Shown here: positions 9,071-18,005 of the stretch, piece by piece
Position numbering within the stretch: the first letter of the stretch is position 1
Layout of the letters: each line of letters opens with the position of its first letter
Origin: an uncultured delta proteobacterium
GTDB lineage: Bacteria; Desulfobacterota; Desulfomonilia; UBA1062
DNA: 64,000 nt
Direction of reading: 5' to 3'
NCBI GenBank assembly: GCA_963785235.1
Contig: CAWAUM010000005.1
Coordinates: forward strand, 352,001-416,000
Program-made: the position numbers and the translations under genes
Notes under the pieces: model-generated
Databases searched by the model: none
Told to the model about the DNA's origin: nothing
What the model saw: only the letters and a program-made list of their open reading frames with translations

Positions 9071-9916
9071 CTACACCTTTATGTAAACAGTATGTTTAAG
9101 AAACTTGAAGAGGTGCTTCATGTACATGAGAGACTCCGAGTGTCCGACAAACATATAGCCCATATCACTGAGATGATTGTGATATTTTTTTACAAGATCC
9201 TTTCTGGTTTCTTCATCAAAATAGATCATCACATTCCTGCAGAATATGATGTCAAAGGGTTTTTTCATGGGGAATGAAGGGTCCATAAGGTTAAGCTTCC
9301 TGAAGGCGATCATGGCTTTAATCTGTGGGCTTACCTCGTAACCTTGAGATGTCCTGACAAAATATTTCGACAGATAATCTATGGGCACCGGTGTAATCTG
9401 CTGGCTTGAATAGACACCTTTGGCTGCCTTCATAAGGATATCCGTATCAAGGTCCGTAGCGAGGATCTTCAGGTCCCAGCCTCGTTCGTCCTTGAAGAAA
9501 TCAGAAACTGTCATGGCGATGCTGTAGGGTTCTTCTCCGGAAGAACATCCGGCGGACCATATCCTTAATCGTCTCATTCCACTTTTTCTTGCCGTATCGA
9601 TAAAAGAAGGGAAGATCTCGTTTACCAAAAAGTCAAAATGATGTTTTTCTCGAAAAAAGTCCGTTTTATTCGTAGTGATTCGGTTGATGAGGTTATTGAG
9701 TTCATCCGATGCATTCGAGCTTGTATTGAGGTATTCGTAATACTCGGAAAAATTTGAAAGATTAAGTGCCCTGAGTCTCTTTGAAAGACGTGCGACAACC
9801 AGGTTCCTCTTCTTTTCGGTCATCTGGATGCCGGTTTGACGGTAAATGATGTCCTGAAAGAGGTGGAATTCCTTTTCTGTGATGGAGAATGATTGTGCGC
9901 ACAGTGTCGGTGTCAT
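9071..9916 (-). CDS. cheR: Chemotaxis protein methyltransferase
   Basis: TTNKTDFFRE, IWSAGCSSGEEPYS, IFCRNVMIYFD, GHSESL. Confidence 0.97.
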   Translation of the reverse strand: MTPTLCAQSFSITEKEFHLFQDIIYRQTGIQMTEKKRNLVVARLSKRLRALNLSNFSEYYEYLNTSSNASDELNNLINRITTNKTDFFREKHHFDFLVNEIFPSFIDTARKSGMRRLRIWSAGCSSGEEPYSIAMTVSDFFKDERGWDLKILATDLDTDILMKAAKGVYSSQQITPVPIDYLSKYFVRTSQGYEVSPQIKAMIAFRKLNLMDPSFPMKKPFDIIFCRNVMIYFDEETRKDLVKKYHNHLSDMGYMFVGHSESLMYMKHLFKFLKHTVYIKV

Positions 9917-10404
9917 ACACCATCGACCATATTCAACTCGTTATCCGAGAGCAGTTTGTCTACATTCAGGAGGATGATGAATTTTTTATCTTTGATTCCC
10001 ATCCCGGAGATGAATTCAGTGCTGATCCCTGTAGAAAAATGAGGCCGTGGTTTGATATCTTCACTGTTCAGTGTAAGGACATCGCTTACCGCATCCACCA
10101 CTAGCCCCATAATCCTGCCTGACACATCAAGGATCATGATGACGGTAAACTGATCGTATTCCTTCAGTTCCATGCTGAATCTTTCCCTAAGATCAATGAC
10201 AGGCACCACGATACCCCTGAGATTAAGCACACCCTTAATGAAACTCGGTACATTCGGTATAGTTGTACAGCTCTGGTATGCAATAATCTCATTAAGCTTG
10301 AGGATGGATATACCATAGGTTTCCGCCCCCAGCTGGAAGGTTACAAACTGGTTGGTCAGCTTCTTTTCCGTATCATTTGTTTTTGAAATAGGTTCACTTT
10401 TCAT
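9913..10404 (-). CDS. cheW: Chemotaxis coupling protein
   Basis: GVLNLRGIVVPVIDLR, GLVVDAVSDV. Confidence 0.96.
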   Translation of the reverse strand: MKSEPISKTNDTEKKLTNQFVTFQLGAETYGISILKLNEIIAYQSCTTIPNVPSFIKGVLNLRGIVVPVIDLRERFSMELKEYDQFTVIMILDVSGRIMGLVVDAVSDVLTLNSEDIKPRPHFSTGISTEFISGMGIKDKKFIILLNVDKLLSDNELNMVDGV

Positions 10405-12044
10405 TAGAATTCCTCAAAATCATCTTCGAAATCTGTAGCGGCCGGCTTTATGGGCGAAGCTTTTGCTTTAACAGGCTGCTGTTTTTTCACGACGCTTTTT
10501 TTACCCTTGGATGTCTTCTCATCCTTAGATACCTTGAACCGTGCTACGGTTTCGGAAAGGTCATTGGCCTCGTTACTGAGGTTGTCCGAGGTACTCGCAA
10601 GCTCCTCTACCGTGGATGCATTCTGCTGGGTAGTGGTATCGATCTGTGAAACAGCACGGTTCAGCTCGTCCACACCGCTCGCCTGCTCGCTGCTTGCCGC
10701 TGCTATCTCCTCCATAACCTGAGAGAGGTCCTGGATGTGTTTTATGATCAGATCGAGAGACTCGCCTGATTTTTTTACCATGATGTCTCCGGCACTTATC
10801 TTCCCCACCGTGTCTTCGATCAAGGCCTTGATCTGACGTGATGCATCGGCCGACCTCTGAGCCAAAGCCCTTACTTCTTCGGCCACAACAGCGAATCCCT
10901 TGCCGTGTTCTCCCGCTCTTGCAGCCTCAACTGCTGCGTTTAGGGCCAAAAGGTTGGTCTGGAAGGCCACCTCGTTGACCGTGACGATGATGTCACCGAT
11001 CTTCTTGGATGCCGCTGATATCTCACTCATGCCCCTGACAAGCTCTTGAGCGGCATCGCCGCTTTGAGAGGCCATGCGCACCATGTCGGAAGCCTTCTGG
11101 CGGCCGTCGGTTGCATTCTCTGCATTGTGTTTGATGGACGAGGTCATCTGTTCGATGGTTGCAGCAACTTCCTCGATGGCGGACGCCTGCTCCTGAGTTG
11201 CCTGAGAGAGACCCTGTGCCCCTGCCGAAACCTCCTGTGTGGCTGTGCCTACCTGTATTGAAGAGTGTTTCACCTTAGTGATCACCTCTTCTAGGTTCCC
11301 TACAAAGGTATTGAACCAGGATGCGATCTCACCAATCTCATCGGTAGAAACCACAGGAAGCCTTTTTGAAAGGTCGGCCTCACCCTGGGCGATATCCATC
11401 ATGCTGGCGGAAATATCCCTTGCCCTCCGGGCGATCTTGCCCGCTACTACGGCTCCGATTAAAGCCACAACCAAGCAAGAGACAAAAAGGAATATATACA
11501 TCTGGATCTGCATGGAGCGGACATTGGCAAGTATCTCAGTAGAAGGTACACCAGCCCACAGGACCCAGTTTAAAGGCTTGACATGGGCCAGATAACTTAT
11601 CTTGTCAACGCCATCGAAGGAATACTTGTTTACGCCTTGCTTCTGGTTAACTGCTTTGCGTACCCAGTCATAGGTGTCATAGAGGGTCTTGTTGTTACGG
11701 AATTCGGCCTTGGGATGGTAGATGCAAGTACCATCAGGGGCGAAAATTGCAAGGTAGCCCGTCTCGAAGTACTTCTCTTTTGACGCCTCGTTGATGAGGT
11801 CGGTCTTGAGGGACTTCATGAGCTGATCCTTGATGATATCAAGGTTACCCTCGATGGATGCACTACGAACCTCAGCCATCCTGGCAAAGGATTCAACCTT
11901 AACTTTCAGGTAGTCGAGAGCTTGCTTTTGCATGAAGCTGCTGGTGCTGATACCAACATAGATGATAGCGGCAAGAAGCGGAATCAGACCGGAGCAAACG
12001 ACAAGGGCAATCAGCCGACCTCGGAGTTTCCATTTGAGCGCCAT
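10404..12044 (-). CDS. Methyl-accepting chemotaxis protein (Cache sensor, HAMP, C-terminal pentapeptide DFEEF)
   Basis: Two TM segments, HAMP, hairpin QTNLLALNAAVEAARAGEHGKGFAVVAEEVR. Confidence 0.96.
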   Translation of the reverse strand: MALKWKLRGRLIALVVCSGLIPLLAAIIYVGISTSSFMQKQALDYLKVKVESFARMAEVRSASIEGNLDIIKDQLMKSLKTDLINEASKEKYFETGYLAIFAPDGTCIYHPKAEFRNNKTLYDTYDWVRKAVNQKQGVNKYSFDGVDKISYLAHVKPLNWVLWAGVPSTEILANVRSMQIQMYIFLFVSCLVVALIGAVVAGKIARRARDISASMMDIAQGEADLSKRLPVVSTDEIGEIASWFNTFVGNLEEVITKVKHSSIQVGTATQEVSAGAQGLSQATQEQASAIEEVAATIEQMTSSIKHNAENATDGRQKASDMVRMASQSGDAAQELVRGMSEISAASKKIGDIIVTVNEVAFQTNLLALNAAVEAARAGEHGKGFAVVAEEVRALAQRSADASRQIKALIEDTVGKISAGDIMVKKSGESLDLIIKHIQDLSQVMEEIAAASSEQASGVDELNRAVSQIDTTTQQNASTVEELASTSDNLSNEANDLSETVARFKVSKDEKTSKGKKSVVKKQQPVKAKASPIKPAATDFEDDFEEF

Positions 12045-12155
12045 ATATACTCCTTTACATCTATAATTTCTTAATAATTCACTTTTATGTTAAATGTTTC
12101 CATCACGCATACTCTCGTAAAAGCAGAATCAATCAAATATTTCAGACGTCACTCC

Positions 12156-14246
12156 TTAACGGAACGCCATACGCTCAATACTATATACGTCTAAAATCAA
12201 TGAAACCTTGCCATTGCCGAGAATCGTGGCCCCGGATGTGCCCTCGATCTTTTTGAAATTCTTATCAATGCTCTTGACAACAGCCTGCATCTGACCGAGC
12301 ACGTCATCAACCAGGATGCCGAACCTGTTCTGCTCGCCATGAAGGACGACCACAAGGGCCTCGGTAGGGTCTATCTTGACGGAAGGGAGGTTAAAGAGCT
12401 GATAGAGGCGGACCAGAGGGAGGTAGTCCCCTCTGATATCAACAAGCTCGCCTTTTCCTTCAACGGTCTTGATCTCGGCCTTTGATGGACGCACAGATTT
12501 ATCTATAACAGAAAGTGGAATAGTCAGTACTTCAGTGCCCACCTTTACCATCATGCCGTCTATGATGGCCAGCGTCAAAGGTAGCTTGATCCTGAATCTG
12601 GAACCGTTGCCTTCCTCTGAAGTGATTTCGACGCTGCCCCTGAGGTCCTCTATATTCCTTTTCACAACGTCCATGCCGACGCCCCTGCCCGAGAGTTCGC
12701 TGACATTTTCAGAAGTGGAAAGGCCCGGGGCAAAGAGCATATCGAAGATCTCCTTGTCGGAATATGACTTGCCGGACTCGGCCTGACCCTTTTCAATAGC
12801 CTTGGCCAGTACCCTTTTCTTGTCTATGCCTTTGCCGTCATCTGATATTTCGATATAGATGTTACCCTCGCGCTGAAATGCCTTAAGCCAAATGGTACCG
12901 ATCTCAGACTTTCCGATCCGGCGCCTTTCTTCAGGCATTTCAATGCCATGGTCTATTGAATTTCGGATCATGTGTTTTAAGGGATCACTAATCTGTTCTA
13001 TAACGTTTTTATCCAGCTCGGTCTCGGTCCCTGACATTTTGATTTCAATCTTCTTTCCCAACTCGAAAGAAAGGTCCCTGACCACCCTGCGGAAGCGGTT
13101 AAACGTGCCTTCCACCGGGACCATACGGACCCGCATGACCTGCTCCTGAAGATCACGCGAGATGCGCTCAAGGGCTGATATGGCGCCTTGCAATGATCGT
13201 GAAAGTGCCGTATCCGCAATATCGCTGGCACATTGTGACATACGGGCAACAGATATAACCATCTCGCCAACAAGATTAACAAGCTTATCAAGCTTGTCCG
13301 TATCGACCCTGATAGTGGAAGATTTGGCGATCTTCCTGCTCTGGGATTGGGCCAGGGCCATTTTCTCCACAGCATCCCGTGATACCTTGCCCTTTTCCAC
13401 AAGGGCCTGACCTGTGGTCTTATGTTCCATGAGGGCTTCTTCGACATCATTCTGAGTGACAAGGCCCTTTTCTACAAGGATCTCACCGATGGGTTTTTCC
13501 GCAAGCGAGAGGTCAATGCCCTCTTTATATTGAGATGATATATCGGCAACTGAAATCTCGTTTTCATCCATAACAAAGATGAAGACATTGTTGACATCGG
13601 AAACGGGACGATTCGTCCGCATTATGATATCCCATGATGTGTAACATGTAGTAGGAACAAGATTGTATAAGTCCGGAATGGCATCAACATAAACCCGTGA
13701 TTCGATAATTTCTCCAAGATCTTTCAATTCCTGGATAAGCATAATGGGGTCTTGACCTGTTGCGAGGATGTCAGGCCTGAATTTCATCATGACTGAAATT
13801 ATCTTTTCTCCTGACATATCTTTCAATTTCGACAGTTCACCTTGGGTATCACCAGCGGATTTTGCAGCCCTGGAAAAACGTTTGAGTGACTGTATAGACT
13901 GCTCAATCTCTTTTTCATCTATCTCTTCACCATCACTGCCGGCTGCAATCATACGCTTCAAAAAGTCAACCGAGGCAAGCATCGTGGAAATGAGCTTTTT
14001 CGTGATGGTCAGGTCCTTTTTGCGAATCCTGTCGAGGATATTTTCTAGGGTATGGGTATAAATGCTGACACTGTCGAATCCTACAAGACCTGCAGACCCT
14101 TTTATCGTATGGGCTGCTCGAAAGACCCTGTTGATTGTGTCTTCATCATTTTTATCTTCTTCGAGCCTGATGAGACCGGATTCCAGCTCACGAATCTCAT
14201 CCTCACTCTCTTCCATGAATACCTTGACTAATTCATCCATTGCCAT
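12156..14246 (-). CDS. cheA: Chemotaxis histidine kinase
   Basis: Hpt FRAAHTIKG, IRVDTDKLDKLVNLVGE, HMIRNSIDHG, SGRGVGMDVV, CheW domain. Confidence 0.97.
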   Translation of the reverse strand: MAMDELVKVFMEESEDEIRELESGLIRLEEDKNDEDTINRVFRAAHTIKGSAGLVGFDSVSIYTHTLENILDRIRKKDLTITKKLISTMLASVDFLKRMIAAGSDGEEIDEKEIEQSIQSLKRFSRAAKSAGDTQGELSKLKDMSGEKIISVMMKFRPDILATGQDPIMLIQELKDLGEIIESRVYVDAIPDLYNLVPTTCYTSWDIIMRTNRPVSDVNNVFIFVMDENEISVADISSQYKEGIDLSLAEKPIGEILVEKGLVTQNDVEEALMEHKTTGQALVEKGKVSRDAVEKMALAQSQSRKIAKSSTIRVDTDKLDKLVNLVGEMVISVARMSQCASDIADTALSRSLQGAISALERISRDLQEQVMRVRMVPVEGTFNRFRRVVRDLSFELGKKIEIKMSGTETELDKNVIEQISDPLKHMIRNSIDHGIEMPEERRRIGKSEIGTIWLKAFQREGNIYIEISDDGKGIDKKRVLAKAIEKGQAESGKSYSDKEIFDMLFAPGLSTSENVSELSGRGVGMDVVKRNIEDLRGSVEITSEEGNGSRFRIKLPLTLAIIDGMMVKVGTEVLTIPLSVIDKSVRPSKAEIKTVEGKGELVDIRGDYLPLVRLYQLFNLPSVKIDPTEALVVVLHGEQNRFGILVDDVLGQMQAVVKSIDKNFKKIEGTSGATILGNGKVSLILDVYSIERMAFR

Positions 14247-14254
14247 GGTTAGGT

Positions 14255-14632
14255 TTACCTCATGAATTTTTTTGTGACATATACAAGCTGCTCCGGTTTA
14301 AAAGGTTTAACGAGCCAGCCGGAAGCCCCTGCCTGCTTGCCCTTAAGCTTCATATCATCCTGTGACTCGGTGGTGAGAACAAGGATTGGTAAAAATTTAA
14401 AAGGCGTCTTTTTAACTTCCTTGATGAAGGTGATCCCATCCATAATCGGCATGTTAATGTCACTGATGATCATTCCGATCTGGTCACCTTGCTTGTGGGC
14501 TTCAGTAAGCTTCTCTAACCCATCGGCCCCATTGACGGCGTTGATTGTCTCAAATCCAGCTGATTTCAGTGTATAATTTACCGATGCCCGCAGTGTTGCA
14601 GAATCATCGACCACAAGGATCTTCTTTTTCAT
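14255..14632 (-). CDS. cheY: CheY-like response regulator
   Basis: VVDDS, SDINMP, LTTES, WLVKPF. Confidence 0.92.
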   Translation of the reverse strand: MKKKILVVDDSATLRASVNYTLKSAGFETINAVNGADGLEKLTEAHKQGDQIGMIISDINMPIMDGITFIKEVKKTPFKFLPILVLTTESQDDMKLKGKQAGASGWLVKPFKPEQLVYVTKKFMR

Positions 14633-14934
14633 GGGAGGGTCTCCTTCAAGGGAACATTAAACCCCGAGAGGTCGATGATATCTCTGATGGATTGGTTTAT
14701 CGCAAGTATGTGCAACGCTCCATCGTTCTCAAAGGTCTTCTTGAGAGAATACAGGAGTTGCAGGCCTGCAATATCAATTTCATCCACCTGGCTGAGGTCA
14801 AGGGTAATATTCCGTGAGGAATCCTCAAGAAAAGACTCGATTTCAGAATGTATCGACTCTATGTTTGTTACAACAAGATTGCCCTTGAGGATAATTGTTC
14901 CCTGGTCATCAGTACTAATTTCCATCTTTCTCAC
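14629..14934 (-). CDS. STAS-domain protein
   Basis: LDLSQVDEIDIAGLQLL. Confidence 0.88.
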   Translation of the reverse strand: MRKMEISTDDQGTIILKGNLVVTNIESIHSEIESFLEDSSRNITLDLSQVDEIDIAGLQLLYSLKKTFENDGALHILAINQSIRDIIDLSGFNVPLKETLP

Positions 14935-15239
14935 CTCATGGATATGGGAAAGAGCTTGTCCAGTTTCACTGCCTTGAAAATGTTATAGAGGTTTTCATGG
15001 ATTCCTTTAATCTCGAAACCCGCCTTTGCGCTGTCAAGACTTTTAAAGAACATGAGTATCTTGCCGATGCCGGAAGATCCCATGGTGGGAACCATTGAGA
15101 GGTCCATAACTACTTTTTTCGGTCTCTGGCCGGCAATCTTATTCAGCTCAGACCTGAGTATCTCCGCAGCGCCGGTATCTACAGCACCGGAAACCTTAAC
15201 AATCAAGGTATCACCATTAACTTTTGTTGCCACATCCAT
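14931..15239 (-). CDS. STAS-domain anti-sigma factor antagonist
   Basis: MDLSMVPTMGSSGIG with the phospho-acceptor Ser position; AAGGAGG RBS. Confidence 0.88.
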   Translation of the reverse strand: MDVATKVNGDTLIVKVSGAVDTGAAEILRSELNKIAGQRPKKVVMDLSMVPTMGSSGIGKILMFFKSLDSAKAGFEIKGIHENLYNIFKAVKLDKLFPISMR

Positions 15240-15303
15240 GTAAGGCCTCCTTTATTAGGGTAATTCTTGCTAATAAATCGGATATGCTCATCCTTGTTAA
15301 TAC

Positions 15304-15331
15304 CATTCGGAAAATCAGATCCTAATCTTTA
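15304..15331 (-). promoter_or_regulatory. Possible sigma-28-type promoter of the che operon
   Basis: Minus strand TAAAGATT-N12-TCCGAATG versus consensus TAAAGTTT-N11-GCCGATAA. Confidence 0.3.
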
Positions 15332-15551
15332 TGGTATTGCAACAATAGTAAGACAGATCAAAAAATTATCAAGCTACAAGACTACAAACAGCAGGTAATT
15401 AAAGGGACACAAGCACATTGACAGACGCCTCAATGAGATATATCTAGATCCGACGGGCAGGGGGTATTTACGTGATGAAGATCGGGCATTACCGGAAGGT
15501 TTGCTTAATATCCACTGATAATGCGATTATGGGTAAAGTCTGGATGGTTTC

Positions 15552-16421
15552 ATGAAACACGCCTTTATCCTTGTGATCACAGGTTTGTCCGGCTCAGGGA
15601 AGTCAACAGCACTCAAGGCCATTGAGGATGAGGGCTTTTTCTGTATGGACAACATGCCTATAGACCTTATGGATAAATTTTTAGAGCTTTATGACTCGGC
15701 CTCATTCAATATCCATAAAGTATGTATCTGTATGGATGTGAGGGCTGGGGCGCCGTCATTTGCAGAAAAGGCACCCTGGATTATATCCAGATTGAGGTCC
15801 TTTGCCGATAATGTCAGGCTTATCTTCCTGGAATCAAGTAAAGAAAATCTTCTCAACCGGTATAAGGAAACAAGAAGGAGGCATCCTTTAAGTGATTCCT
15901 ACCCGAACCTTCTGGATGCCATTGAGGCGGAGATAGATCTCATGGCGCCTCTGAGGGGAATGGCGGACCTCAGTGTGAACACCTCACAAATGAATGTCCA
16001 TGAACTTGTAAGTAAGATCAAGGAAATCATTTCCACGGAAGACAAATCGCGGGATATGTATATTGAAGTGTGCTCCTTTGGATTCAAGAAAGGACTTCCC
16101 ATGGATTCTGATATTGTCATGGATGTAAGGTTTTTGCCAAATCCATATTTTGTAGAAACGCTCAAGGAAAAAACCGGATCCGACAAAGAGGTTAAAGAGT
16201 ATTTGAGCTCCTTTGATAGCTACGCCCAGTTTATGCATAAATTCAAGGAACTGATTACATTCATCCTCCCGCTATGCAAGAAAGAAGGAAGAGCATATCT
16301 GAATATTGCCATCGGCTGTACAGGCGGCAGACACAGATCCGTGGCAATTGCGGAAGAGATCAAGGAAGTGATAGAAACCGCCGGATACCCGAGCAGGTTG
16401 AAGCATCGTGATGTAACCTGA
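15552..16421 (+). CDS. rapZ: RNase adapter RapZ (YvcJ family)
   Basis: GLSGSGKS, ETRRRHPL, SFGFK, DVRFLPNP, GCTGGRHRSV. Confidence 0.96.
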   Translation: MKHAFILVITGLSGSGKSTALKAIEDEGFFCMDNMPIDLMDKFLELYDSASFNIHKVCICMDVRAGAPSFAEKAPWIISRLRSFADNVRLIFLESSKENLLNRYKETRRRHPLSDSYPNLLDAIEAEIDLMAPLRGMADLSVNTSQMNVHELVSKIKEIISTEDKSRDMYIEVCSFGFKKGLPMDSDIVMDVRFLPNPYFVETLKEKTGSDKEVKEYLSSFDSYAQFMHKFKELITFILPLCKKEGRAYLNIAIGCTGGRHRSVAIAEEIKEVIETAGYPSRLKHRDVT

Positions 16422-16435
16422 GGAGGTCTTGTTTT

Positions 16436-16849
16436 ATGGTCGGAATTATTGTTGTTGCACACGGAGAACTTGCGCGCGCTTTTGAAGAAACAGCCCAGAT
16501 GATCGTTGGGCCTGCTGAGGCATTCAAGACGTGCTCCTTTGTTCAGGGGAGCGATGTTGACAGCCTTCGTAAGATGCTCAAATCGTCAATCAAGGAAGTA
16601 AATAGGGGTGATGGCGTCATTATACTCACGGATATGTTCGGAGGCACACCGTCGAATATAAGCCTATCTTTCCTTGAAAAAGGAAAGATTGAGGTTATCA
16701 CCGGTGTCAATCTCCCCATGGTAATCACTGCGCTCACAAAGCGAACAGGAAAAGAGATAGGAGAACTGGCGAGGATGCTGAAGGAGGGAGGGGCAAAGAA
16801 CATACATATAGCTTCTGAGATCCTCGCAACAAACGTGACTGAAAAATGA
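16436..16849 (+). CDS. PTS mannose/fructose-family IIA component
   Basis: VVAHGELA, LTDMFGGTPSN, GVNLPM. Confidence 0.93.
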   Translation: MVGIIVVAHGELARAFEETAQMIVGPAEAFKTCSFVQGSDVDSLRKMLKSSIKEVNRGDGVIILTDMFGGTPSNISLSFLEKGKIEVITGVNLPMVITALTKRTGKEIGELARMLKEGGAKNIHIASEILATNVTEK

Positions 16850-17334
16850 ATGTAGTGCTGGTAAGGGTGGATGACAGGTTTATTCATGGACAAATTCTTG
16901 AGTCCTGGATACCACATTTGAAAGCCCAGGGTGTCATTGTAGCCAATGACGGCCTTGCCGGTGATCAGATTCAAAAGACCATCATGTCCATGGCTATTCC
17001 CGACAGGATCAAACTGAAGATCGTGAGTCTGGTAGATGCAGAGCGTCTCATTGATGACTGCGAATTTCATGGGAAACGTTGCCTGGTGATCGTATCCAAT
17101 ATCAAGGATGCATGCCGGTTGTTTTCCAAGGGTTTCATATTCACCAAACTTAATATTGGGAACAACAAGGCTGCAGTGCCATCAAAACAGCTCTCCTTTT
17201 CCGTATGGGTGGACCAGGAAGAACTTGATATGGTCAAGTCACTCATGGACAAAGGTATCGAAGTTACCCTGCAATCCGTTCCGCGAGAACGCCTTATTGA
17301 CATGAAATCCATTATTGATATGGTAGATATATGA
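16846..17334 (+). CDS. PTS mannose/sorbose-family IIB component
   Basis: RVDDRFIHGQ, LNIGN. Confidence 0.92.
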   Translation: MNVVLVRVDDRFIHGQILESWIPHLKAQGVIVANDGLAGDQIQKTIMSMAIPDRIKLKIVSLVDAERLIDDCEFHGKRCLVIVSNIKDACRLFSKGFIFTKLNIGNNKAAVPSKQLSFSVWVDQEELDMVKSLMDKGIEVTLQSVPRERLIDMKSIIDMVDI

Positions 17335-18005
17335 TAATAGAAGGCTTCTTGGGGGTACTTACAGGTTCGCTGCTCTGGCTGGATAGGGTTTATATATTCC
17401 AACTCATGATAAGCCGTCCCATGATCATGGGACCGATTATTGGATTTGTCATGGGTGATGTAAAGATCGGGATACTCATTGGGGCATCATGTGAGCTCCT
17501 CTGGCTCAATGCCCCGCCGGTGGGGAGTTATCTTCCCAACGATGAAAGTTTTTGTACTGCAGTTGCCGTACCTGTAGCTGTAATTGCAAGCGCATCCATG
17601 GACAATATGGCCGCGTCTGGTTTATCCATTTTATTGAGTTTGCCGACTGCCCTTGTGGGCAGATCTCTTGATACGCGCTTGCGAACGTTAAATGAAGGAC
17701 TCCTCCCCGTAGGTTCACAGGTTATGGAAAATGATTTTTCAATAGCTATGAGAAAAGCTATAGCAAGGGCTTTTTTTCTTGCATTTATTGTGATTTCTGT
17801 CTGTGTCATTTTACTCGGGACCATTACCTTTTTTATTAAGGCCGGTATCCCTGAAGGAATACTTGCAGCACTGAAGTTCATGCCCTTTGCGTGTGTGATC
17901 ATAGGTCTTGCCGCCCTTATCTCCAAGGAACTGCCAAGTAAAGCACATGCAAGTGTCTTCATCCTGGGCATGACCCTTGTGCTTCTGCTCACATGGATCC
18001 TGTAG
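17331..18005 (+). CDS. PTS mannose-family IIC component
   Basis: Q(L)MISRP, ELLWL..PVGSYLP, multiple TM helices. Confidence 0.85.
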   Translation: MIIEGFLGVLTGSLLWLDRVYIFQLMISRPMIMGPIIGFVMGDVKIGILIGASCELLWLNAPPVGSYLPNDESFCTAVAVPVAVIASASMDNMAASGLSILLSLPTALVGRSLDTRLRTLNEGLLPVGSQVMENDFSIAMRKAIARAFFLAFIVISVCVILLGTITFFIKAGIPEGILAALKFMPFACVIIGLAALISKELPSKAHASVFILGMTLVLLLTWIL

